From the NCBI GenBank assembly GCA_024704765.1, contig JAKMXF010000022.1, positions 124,001-188,000 of the forward strand: a DNA stretch of 64,000 nt. Direction: 5' to 3'. The stretch's first letter is position 1; the number at the start of each line of letters is the position of its first letter. The notes under the pieces were generated by a model, which saw only the letters and a program-made list of their open reading frames with translations, searched no databases and was not told the origin of the DNA. Shown in pieces: positions 1 through 9,929 of this stretch. The stretch is from Oopsacas minuta. Lineage: Eukaryota > Animalia > Porifera. Both the position numbers and the translations under genes were made by a program.

Positions 1-3000
1 AGACCGCCATTCAGCAGCTAGCATCTTAGTAAGCTGTGGTACTGTAAGGTTAGGGTTTTGTTGCTGTAGCTTGCTGCGGTTGAATGAGCAGAACATACCG
101 TATCCATGAGTAGGGAGGATTTTACGGACCGGAATGCTCTGTACATTAGAGGGGACAGGGGCGTGACAGAGAGGTGTGAATTTCCGCTTTCCACTGAGAA
201 AATCCTGGATATTTGGTGACAACCGTAACTCTGGTATTATATCAGATTCAAACTTATAGAACTCGTCTCTCGCTACTTCAGGAGCAAGTGGGAAGGATTT
301 GAAAGTTTTAATCTTCTTAAATTCCTTATCACCAGTTTCGTAGTAACGATATACACATACGAATACATTTTTCTCTAAATACTCGATGGGTCTAGAATCA
401 CAATAATCCTTCAGTGGCATGACGTAGCATTTCCCGATTATAGAACGCATTGGATTAGTGTCAATAGTTGTGCTCATTATTACTTCCTTTCTGTAGAACA
501 GTTGAGTAGGTGGATGCTGGGTCTGCTTGGGCTTGAGTATCCATGGTCCGGTGAAGAAAGGGTTATCACTCTTATCATGCCATATTTGATCTATACGCAC
601 AATACAAGTGCTACCGTCTTGTACTTTTACATAGACAAAATCTCCCAACTTGAACCTATAAAATTATCATTAGGTTAGTACACATTAAACGTATATATAC
701 CACTAGACTTGATACCTGACACCGTCTATGACACACTGATCGAAGTAAGAGAATCCTTTAGGAGCTCCTTGGGGTAAGTGTTGAGTTGAAATGTTTGTGT
801 ACTCTTCATCATCACTCTTGTCTCCCTGTCCCTGTCCCTCTGTCCCTCCCTCACTCAGACCAGAGTTGGTAGCACTGTTCACAAACACAGAGGGAATCCT
901 CTGCATTAATAAAGGTGTGTCTCTAAGTATAAAATCTGAATCTCTCTGTTCTCCTACTGGCCAAGTCTTAATCTTCTTTTCAGTTCGTGTCTTAACATTA
1001 TACTTAGACTGACATACATATACATCCTCCTCTGAGTACCCGTTAGGCATAAACTTGCTGAACGACTTAAGGTGCATGACGTAGCACTTAGCATTCACAC
1101 GAGAAGAGCGACACATGTGGAAGTCATCTGTCTTGAAAACTTCTTTTTCAAAGAACTTCTTTGTAGCCAGATGGAATGTCTCTTCAGGTCTGTAGAACCA
1201 AAGACCAAATAACCAACACTCTCCGGTTGGTGTCTGCCAGATGTTATCAATCTGTACAATGTGAGGCTGACTTGAAGTCTTTCTAGCAGCAATATACACG
1301 TAGTCTCCAGGCTTGTACTCTATTCCGTGACGTATGAAGGAGTATAGTACCCTTCTGGATTGTTCATCACACTCATCATGAGATTCATAGCCATCTGTCT
1401 GTCTTTGAATCCATGGTTCGTCTACTGTTACACTTGTAGTGATGTTATCTTCCTTTTTAACAGCTGGTTCAGGAATGTAGTCAGACTTTTGTGTGATAAT
1501 CCATCTATCGTAATAGCATTGATCAAAAATGACATATACGATAAATATATCAGAATATATGTATGCACTAGTACCTTTGTGTCTTGCTGGGACTAAAGGC
1601 ATTCATTTCAGCTTCAAATTCAGACATGGTAACCTTGAGACATGGACTTTTGAGTTGTAAGCAGAATTTGTCTCTCAATTCAAAATAGGCAGCTTGTAGT
1701 TTTAGCATAGCCTTGTACTCTGGGGACGAAGGAGAGAATGTACCTTGAACTCTTCTAAACACCAGCAGTAGCTCCTTTTGGAATAAATCATATCTTGAGT
1801 ATTCTCCTGATAATATAGACTCTTCTATAGAAGTCATGTCAATACTCTCAGTATCGTCGTGTCTAGACTGCCACTTGATTCTGTACAGCATTAGGCCAAC
1901 ATCTCTTCCTGCCTCGTCTCTGTACTCTTTTAGGTGAGTGAACACATCTGAGATTGTGTCCTGTAGCCACTTTTGGGGGTCTGGGTACATGTCCTTTCTG
2001 ACTGGTATCAGCTGATTGAGTTTTGTTGTTACAAACTGGATAAGAGATATAGCCAGTGTATGTATACGATTAGTATGAGGATAATATACAGTTGTGTTAT
2101 AACACATTAGCTGTATATCTGATAAGAACTCGTTATAGTGGTTATAATGAGAGGCCTGAATACGGTCTGATATTGTACTGAGGTCAATTGGTTTTTTTAT
2201 CCGAGAATGGTAGTCAGATTTAGAGCTCTTCAATGGGACATGTTTGAAATGTGATATGTACTCTGCTCCCTATTCGAAATGAACAAATCACATAAGTATA
2301 TATAAATATCTATCAGATGAATTCAAGTCTAACCTTTGTATCAGATCCTGCAATGATGAATTGATATAGCTGATTTATTATTGAGGAGTAATGAGCTTTC
2401 TGGGACTCACTCACCTCTTGGACCACTGGAGAGGGAGCATGTGTAGGGGGTAGGACACTAGTTGAGGTAGCTGTAGCTCCTTCATGAGTTATATTGGTGT
2501 GTAGTGAGGTTTGTAAGATCTGTATCAGAGAGTTTATGTGTTGACTGTTGACTGTATCATCCTGGAAATAACTAAACACACAAATATCAAACTACAAATG
2601 ATAATATTTACATAATCTTATACCTGAGAGTATCTTCCAGCAGGATAACAAGCTCCAGTAACATTACCCATGTTTCGCTGTACTCATCACCATTTATTCG
2701 CTCTCTCAGTACACTCAAACATAATCCAGGCCTCCTAGCCGTGACGTAGAAGTTCCCATGTTCTGTAGGACACAATGGTTCTAGTATTATCTCACAGTTG
2801 AGAGAATTGGTAGAATTTTCTCGAGCCTTAAGGAGAGGAGAGAGGATCTTGTTGAGGTCATTTGGATTTGGTTTTTGTTTCGCTGTGAATTGGAGTAGAC
2901 GATCAGAATAGTTTACCTGATGTTTACATGATTATTTTATGAATATTCTTATAAACGGCTAACTAACCATCGCTTTGAATCCAATATCTTGATCTGGTAC

Positions 3001-3339
3001 TTTATCCTTTAGTATTCGTCCGTAAGAAACGAGAGAATTTATAGTATTCGTGTCTATTGCATGTCTAACATCGGTAACCCATTCAAAGCTCTTTTCTGTG
3101 CTAGTAGAGGGCTGAGTTCTGTCAAAGGAGAGTATGACGTCAAGAATAAAGTAGAACAAGGTCTTAATGTCTTCCCGACTAACTGGTATGATTCCAATTG
3201 AATAAGTGTTATTTCCTGTGTCAGTTAGAGTACAATCAGAGTTGGGAGAGGGGGTGTTACTAGGAGATAGTTTAGACTGTTTGACAGGTTGTGTAGAAAG
3301 CGTAGATGGACGCTTGCGGTTCCTATTATTTCGATTCAT
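1..3339 (-). CDS. PBRM1: Polybromo-1 (BAF180) homologue, multi-exon, 3' end beyond the window start
   Basis: Bromodomains (KKPIDLSTISDRIQ..DIQLMCYN; IDMTSIEESILSGEY), BAH1 (YKPGDYVYI..FYRPEETFH..KEVFKTD, 703-1602), BAH2 read on the minus strand ~390-655 (FKLGDFVYV..RIDQIW..FYRKEV..IGKCYV), and an HMG box at 1-110 (GYGMFCSFNRSKLQQQNPNLTVPQLTKMLAAEW). Short GT-AG introns (e.g. 2917-2967, ~1504-1574) join the pieces in frame. Confidence 0.92.
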
Positions 3340-3865
3340 TTGCCTAATTAGTTACTATAGCACCGGTCAAAAGAATAATTTAAACAACTAATGCAATTAT
3401 ATTCAATATAGAATTCAATAAGATAATTATAAACCAATTCTAACTTTATCCGGGATGCCCTCTCCTCTCCCCTCCCCTCCATCAATTAATAAATTGTGGG
3501 CTTGAAGACTGCCGCGTATCAAAGCATACGATTACTTGTTCGTGTTATTCTGGGTTTTCTATTTCACGGATTCACAGATAAGATCACGCTAGTTTAACTA
3601 AATTAATTAATACTTCTGTTTTGGTACAAATTTTCCCTAGGCCTGTCCATAACTAATCATCATATATTTCTGTACACACTGGCTGAGATTAGCTATCTCG
3701 ATCTTCAGGACAACTGGGTCTGCTAAGGATCAATTTTAATATTTATTCGAATCTATTAATAGTCTGTACATATTTTTTGTTGATTAGGAAACCTTTAGAC
3801 ATGACCGTGACAAATCTATAAATGCAGAATTTCGGAAAGTTAATCATAATTACTTGTAATTGATA

Positions 3866-6800
3866 ATGTCTAATCAATTCAAACCAACACCTACCCCTTA
3901 CAGACATACCAGGTGTGGGTCCCTCCCTTCTCACCCCCCTGACTCAGACTTCAGCTCTATAGTAGAGCGTTACGCTACAGCAATTGCCTTAGACCCAAAT
4001 AACTACAATAATTATTGTAACAGATCCTCGGCACTCTTATCAGCTGGTAGGATTCAAGAGTCCATACAGGACGCAAAGAAAGCAATCTCTCTACAACCCG
4101 ATCACTCCCTACCTTATTACAGATTAGGGTTAGCTCACAAAACCAGGAATAATGAGATTGATGCTATCGTAGCTTTCTGTCAAGCTCTGTCTAGAGATGT
4201 CAATGATCAAAATTATATGCACGAGTTATGCGAACTTGTGCTGAGCGGTCACTTTGGGACGTTCACAGAGATGTTTCGTACACTACACTCTATGGGAATG
4301 GAGCAAGATAGCTTTATTCTTATCTCAAGTGTTGGTAATGAGTTTATTAATTTGAATGAGAATAAGAAGGCTGTTGTAGTATTGCAGTCAGCAAGACAAA
4401 TCACCACAGACAAAATGAAGGTTAAATCAACTCTCCTATTCTCACTAGCTGATTTGTATTGGAGTTTGAATGATATGAAAAACGCCATTAATGTACTGGA
4501 AGAGAATATTCAATTATGTGACCGTATGCAGGATAAGATATCTCTACTGCGATGTTGTACCAGTCTAGCTCAATGTTTTACAGCACTCAAACAATGGAAC
4601 AGAGCTATAGACACATACACGAGGCAAATAAATGTTGCTATTACCATCAGTGATTTCCGTACAGCTCTGTATGGATGCAGTAGCATCGGGGAGTGCTACA
4701 CTATCATGGGACAACATGTACTCGCTGTGCCCAGTCATAGACGAGCTATCCAGTTTGCACAGAGAATACAAGATAAATTAACTGAAGCTAAAGAGCACTG
4801 CTATGCTGGTTGTGCACTGATTTCAGCTGGCAGGCCTCAACAATCCCAGTACCATCTCCTAGAACATCTAGAACTAGCTAGAGAGCTGAGGGAGGTAGAT
4901 GAAGAGAAAAGAGCTCTCGCTAATCTCACCCAAAGCTATTTTATGATTGGAGAGTACGAAAATTCTTTGAGTTTTTCTAAGTCTCTCTACACTCTCTCAT
5001 CACAGAGTTCTGACCAGGCTATGGTAACACGAGCATATGCAGGGATGGGAAAAGCTCACCAAGCTATGGGCAATTTTGAACAAGCAATAGAATTGTTTAC
5101 AGAGCAACTCAAAGTTAGCAAAGAGTGCCCAGAACCTGTACCAAGGACGAAAGCTCTAGCTAACCTCGCTTTTGCTTACGAGGCTAGTGGTGATAACTCT
5201 ATGTCTCTTAAATACGGATATGATCTTTTGTCTATGAGTGAGAATTTTGGCCTCACTTCTCTACAAGCTAAAGCCTATGGAGTTCTCGGTAAGAATTACA
5301 GCACTCTAGGGAATTTCTCAGAAGCACTTAAGTACTATCAGCTACAGTTAGGGCTCAATTACACATCACACAATCCTAACATTCATCTCTCTACGCTCTG
5401 TGAACTAGCTTCTTGTTTCGCTGACTTGGGAGAGATCGAGCAAGCATCGGAGCACTTTACTAATGCACTCAGTTATGCTGAAAATGAAAAGAAATGTAGT
5501 AGAGAAATGGTTTGCTATGCGTTAGAGCATTATGGTCAGTTCCTATGTAAAAATGGTAATTTTAAACAAGCATTAGCTCAGTTGGAGAGGTGTCTGGAGA
5601 TGACAGCTGCCTCCAGTCAGTCTAGAATAGTTAGACGTCGAATATGTCGAGAGCTAGCTATCTGTTACGAAGAAATAGGTAATCTAGAACAAGCTATACA
5701 TTTTTACAAAGAGTTATTTAGACGCGGTAGAGAGGAGAAAGCTAAGAATCTTATGCTAGAGTCTCTAGAAAAATTACAGAGTATATACAAGCTGTTGGGA
5801 GATGAAGCACAGGTCGCAATCTATGAGAGTAAGAGACATATCCTTGAGATTGAATCTTTGAGCATGGCTTCCAGTTCTCCAACTCGTTCCGTGACTATTG
5901 CTGAGCTAGCGAGGAGAGGAAACGATTGGATTCAGAAAGGTTATTTAGAGGAGGCGGTCACCTGTTTCGAGGACCTTCTAGACAAAGCTCGTGTTGAGGA
6001 ACAACCTCTTCTAGAGGGTGTGGCTTATGTAGGACTAGCTAGGATATGTCAGAAGAAAGGAGAGTATCAAGAAGCGATATACCATCTCAAGAATGACGTG
6101 TTAATCAGACGGACACTACATGACCTAACCGGGGAGGTAGCTTCTCTGGAGCGCCTAGGAGATCTATGTTTTGAAGGAGAAATGTACGAAGAAGCTGTGA
6201 GCCATTTTGAGAACCAATTAGAAGTTGCTAGACAAGCTAAAACAGTTATGGGTGAGGTCAGTAGCCTAGGGAAACTAGGTAAAGTACTGGTTAAGCTAGA
6301 TAGACTAGAAGATGCGTTGAGTTATTACAGCGAACAGCTGACTATCTACACTAATAACGTAACCATAGGAGAGGTTAAGGATCAAGCTGAATGTTGTGCT
6401 GATATAGGAGACATACAATTACAGCTAAATAACCTCCCAGAAGCTCTATCGTGTCATACTCAGCACCTGGCTCTAGTACAACAAGTAGGACAGCCTCAAT
6501 TACAGATACGAGCATATGGTGCAATGGGAAAGGTCCATTTCTGTCTGGGACAGCATGACGATGCACTGATGTGCTATGATAAGAAGCAGAGACTGTGTAG
6601 AAAGATGGAGAGTCAATCAGGTGAAGTAGAAGTGTATGGAGAAATGGCAGTTGTGTATATATCTACGGGGTGTTGGGCTCAGGCTGTATCCTGCTACAGA
6701 CACCAGAGGGATCTGGCTAGACTCATGTTAGAGGCTGTTCCTACATGTGTGGAAGCTAAAAGATCTCTGTATATAGCTCTATCAGGACTAGCTAACGTAT

Positions 6801-9700
6801 ACTTCCAACAAGAAATATACAACAAGGCTTTGGAGAATGAGTACAAGGGGTTCGAAGTAGCTAATCAGCTGGGAGATGAAGAGTGGAAGATGCGGGCTAA
6901 CGGAAGCCTAGCTGACATCCACGAGAAGACTCATAACTTTCTGAAATCAATCGCCTACAGAGAAACACAGCTACAACTAGCTAGAAATATTAATAACTCT
7001 TCTAATATAGCTAATGGTCTGCTAGGATTAGGCAGATGTCAGTTCTATAGGAGTGAATTTCATCAGGCTGCTATCAGTCTCAGAGAGGCTCTGACAGAGA
7101 GCTGTAATCTCAACCAGCAGGGACTAGAAGGAAGGATACGGTATTACCTCGGACTGGTGTATCTTCATCTTGAGGAAATGGAGTCTGCAGAAACTACTCT
7201 CCAGACAGCCCATCCTCTCATTGATGGACTCGTTAATGACTCTCTACTCATCCCGGTACGACTAGTAGAACTTCTACATATGCAAGAGAACCTGTACTTA
7301 GGTCTAGAGCTATCTCTAGTCTCTTTAGATAGACATTTGGAAGCTTTAGTAGCAGCAGACTGTAAAAAGAACACACGGTTCCTTAAGTATATTATTTATC
7401 GATACAACACTAATCCTGAGGTATTGAAGAGTGCAGGGTTCTTCCAGCAACCACTGTTAACGTATGACATGACAAAACTCCTTAAACGGATACATCATAC
7501 AGTATTGGTATACTCTGTAGCTTATACGAAGCTCCATATATGGGTATTGAGAGGAGGACTGATACAATTTAAACAGATTAATTTAACAGAAATAACTCCT
7601 ACGCTAAGAAGATTGAATATCTCTTCACTTAACTCTCTATCAGGTGATTCCTTCCTATTCACAGATTTCCATCCAGGACTAGTTGAGCTTATTACTCAGA
7701 CCAGAGATTCCATTGGTATTTCTACCCTCTTCTGCTCGCGAAAAATTCCCCTATCCCCCGTCCTCCCCTTCACACCGCTTTCAGAGAATTCAGATTCAGA
7801 AACCAGTTCTGTTACTCGTAGCTCCATCAGCTCTGGATCCTCCAAGCGCTCCGCTACCAGTATAGACTACCAACCCTCAACAGAGGTTCTGTTACCCAGA
7901 CTATATCGCCTACTTATTGAGCCTATAGAGAGCAAACTCCCTTCCTCGCACACCCATGAATCAATAACCTTAATTCTAGACAGAGAGCTGCATCTTATTC
8001 CGTTTCCCCTGCTGTCTCCTCCTGACATAACGCTTCCTACATTTGCTCGTGCTTATAAACTTTCTTTTAGTCTCAGTTTACAAACTTTGTTACAACAATT
8101 ATCACTAATTCCTCATCTCAAAGAGAATCTGAAGCATACTCGATGGATTACGATGCACTCTTCTGGTGAGAGAAAGGATCCTCTTCAGTTTCTTCATATG
8201 CGAAATGTTACACGAGATCTGGACCTACCTGAGGATTACTCGGTAATGCTAGCTCAGACCCCTGCCCCTCCCCTAGTGGTAGCTAGTCCTCACTTCTTGA
8301 ATATTGACACCTCTACCAACAAACGGACATGGTGTATGAAGCCAGCAGCTGAGAAGGAGGCTAGACGTATAGGTAGTATTCTAAAGGTAAAACCAATAAT
8401 TAGAAATAAAGCTAGCAGAGATAAAATAATGGAAATACTACAGACTACTAACTGTGTGTATTTTTCTGGACAAGTGTCTTGGGATACTATGGAACTTATA
8501 TTAATCGCGAAACCTCACACCTCTAATTTGAAATCTGAGAATCAAGGAGGAGAGCAGCAGAAAGAGAGGGGTAGAGGAGATGGAGAATGCGAGAGAGAAA
8601 CAGGAAACGGAGAAGAATCACAACTTTTAGAGAATACAGAATATTCTACGATTAATTCTGAGGATCTTCTCATATCTAATTTTAACCAGATGAATCTATT
8701 TGTACTGTCAGGACATTGTCTGACTTCTGATTCAGAATTGGATATTAATGACGTCATTTCCTTAGCTCACATCCTGTTGTCAGCTGGTGTCAAGTGTGTG
8801 ATACTGCCTCTCTGGGCCAGTCCGGACAATTCTGCAAGAACTCTCCTAATGTCTCTGTTTAATGGTCTCACAGTGGGTGGGAAACTCGTTACAGTATTTC
8901 AGAGGGCAATGGAGGGAGTTCAGGGCTTTTCTAGCTTTTCACATCCACTCAACTGGGCTGGTTATATGGCACTGGGGAGTGACGTAACTCTACAGGAGTT
9001 TAACCCCGCACCTTATTTCCAGCAGTTAATTTCTAACCCTTTAGAAGATGTAAAGTATACAATGAACTTCTTGAAAGAGCTCTTGATAGAAGCAGAATCT
9101 CTTATAGTAGCTGGATGCTCTGTGCCTAATGTTATTCCACAGAAAGATGTAGAAGCTCAGATGGGAGCAAGCGAAGGTTGGAAGGAAATATTGCTTTGTG
9201 CAGGATTTCATTTTTCAAACGGTATTCCTCCTGATATCCCGAATAGTATCGTGTATCCTAGCAACGATGAAACTCACGGACTCCACACCTGTCTGTCATA
9301 TGTCACTAGCCTTATAGAGATGGATAAATATATGCTTTCTTATCTGCAAAACCTGAGAGATCGTGAAATACTAATTTATCCTTTGCTACGACTGTTGAAG
9401 CTAAGTATATTTCAACTTACAAGTTCTACCTGCGAATCTAAAGGTGATGCATCTGAGTTAGTTACCGTGGGAACAGAAATATACGTTTGGAATGTTCAAG
9501 ATTGTGAAGAAATACTGAAATATATTGGCTACAAACTCAAGTCAGTTTCATCAACAGACGTACAACTGCAAATCCCTAAACAACATCTAACCAAATCATA
9601 CTTGGAAGCTATAATATCCTGTCTACACGCTCTGTTTGGACCAGAAGCCCTCCTGCCTAGAATAGTGTTTGAAACTCAATCTACAGAAGAGACGTTATAG
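3866..9700 (+). CDS. TTC28: Tetratricopeptide repeat protein 28 (TPR array + CHAT-like domain + C-terminal domain), single exon; first ATG at 3866
   Basis: Uninterrupted ~1945-aa ORF with many TPRs (AYAGMGKAHQAMGNFEQA, AYGVLGKNYSTLGNFSEA), CHAT motifs (LYRLLIEPIE, LDRELHLIPFPLL, HPLNWAGYMALG) and a TTC28-like tail (GWKEILLCAGFHF). Confidence 0.9.
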   Translation: MSNQFKPTPTPYRHTRCGSLPSHPPDSDFSSIVERYATAIALDPNNYNNYCNRSSALLSAGRIQESIQDAKKAISLQPDHSLPYYRLGLAHKTRNNEIDAIVAFCQALSRDVNDQNYMHELCELVLSGHFGTFTEMFRTLHSMGMEQDSFILISSVGNEFINLNENKKAVVVLQSARQITTDKMKVKSTLLFSLADLYWSLNDMKNAINVLEENIQLCDRMQDKISLLRCCTSLAQCFTALKQWNRAIDTYTRQINVAITISDFRTALYGCSSIGECYTIMGQHVLAVPSHRRAIQFAQRIQDKLTEAKEHCYAGCALISAGRPQQSQYHLLEHLELARELREVDEEKRALANLTQSYFMIGEYENSLSFSKSLYTLSSQSSDQAMVTRAYAGMGKAHQAMGNFEQAIELFTEQLKVSKECPEPVPRTKALANLAFAYEASGDNSMSLKYGYDLLSMSENFGLTSLQAKAYGVLGKNYSTLGNFSEALKYYQLQLGLNYTSHNPNIHLSTLCELASCFADLGEIEQASEHFTNALSYAENEKKCSREMVCYALEHYGQFLCKNGNFKQALAQLERCLEMTAASSQSRIVRRRICRELAICYEEIGNLEQAIHFYKELFRRGREEKAKNLMLESLEKLQSIYKLLGDEAQVAIYESKRHILEIESLSMASSSPTRSVTIAELARRGNDWIQKGYLEEAVTCFEDLLDKARVEEQPLLEGVAYVGLARICQKKGEYQEAIYHLKNDVLIRRTLHDLTGEVASLERLGDLCFEGEMYEEAVSHFENQLEVARQAKTVMGEVSSLGKLGKVLVKLDRLEDALSYYSEQLTIYTNNVTIGEVKDQAECCADIGDIQLQLNNLPEALSCHTQHLALVQQVGQPQLQIRAYGAMGKVHFCLGQHDDALMCYDKKQRLCRKMESQSGEVEVYGEMAVVYISTGCWAQAVSCYRHQRDLARLMLEAVPTCVEAKRSLYIALSGLANVYFQQEIYNKALENEYKGFEVANQLGDEEWKMRANGSLADIHEKTHNFLKSIAYRETQLQLARNINNSSNIANGLLGLGRCQFYRSEFHQAAISLREALTESCNLNQQGLEGRIRYYLGLVYLHLEEMESAETTLQTAHPLIDGLVNDSLLIPVRLVELLHMQENLYLGLELSLVSLDRHLEALVAADCKKNTRFLKYIIYRYNTNPEVLKSAGFFQQPLLTYDMTKLLKRIHHTVLVYSVAYTKLHIWVLRGGLIQFKQINLTEITPTLRRLNISSLNSLSGDSFLFTDFHPGLVELITQTRDSIGISTLFCSRKIPLSPVLPFTPLSENSDSETSSVTRSSISSGSSKRSATSIDYQPSTEVLLPRLYRLLIEPIESKLPSSHTHESITLILDRELHLIPFPLLSPPDITLPTFARAYKLSFSLSLQTLLQQLSLIPHLKENLKHTRWITMHSSGERKDPLQFLHMRNVTRDLDLPEDYSVMLAQTPAPPLVVASPHFLNIDTSTNKRTWCMKPAAEKEARRIGSILKVKPIIRNKASRDKIMEILQTTNCVYFSGQVSWDTMELILIAKPHTSNLKSENQGGEQQKERGRGDGECERETGNGEESQLLENTEYSTINSEDLLISNFNQMNLFVLSGHCLTSDSELDINDVISLAHILLSAGVKCVILPLWASPDNSARTLLMSLFNGLTVGGKLVTVFQRAMEGVQGFSSFSHPLNWAGYMALGSDVTLQEFNPAPYFQQLISNPLEDVKYTMNFLKELLIEAESLIVAGCSVPNVIPQKDVEAQMGASEGWKEILLCAGFHFSNGIPPDIPNSIVYPSNDETHGLHTCLSYVTSLIEMDKYMLSYLQNLRDREILIYPLLRLLKLSIFQLTSSTCESKGDASELVTVGTEIYVWNVQDCEEILKYIGYKLKSVSSTDVQLQIPKQHLTKSYLEAIISCLHALFGPEALLPRIVFETQSTEETL

Positions 9701-9929
9701 CACCAAAGTTATTCATGTTTTCGCTAAGCATCAAGCAGTTGCCAGTCCTGTAGAGTGAGTTCAAGCACACACTTTCTGTTTTATCAATTTCTTCAACTAA
9801 TTTATTATTTTAGTATTGTTGTTTCTTTTCTAAATTAATATATTTCTCATTTCTCATTTCTGATATATTTTTCTATAAAATAGTGAAAGTATAATAAAAA
9901 TACTATTTCAAAGTTCTATTTTATCATAG

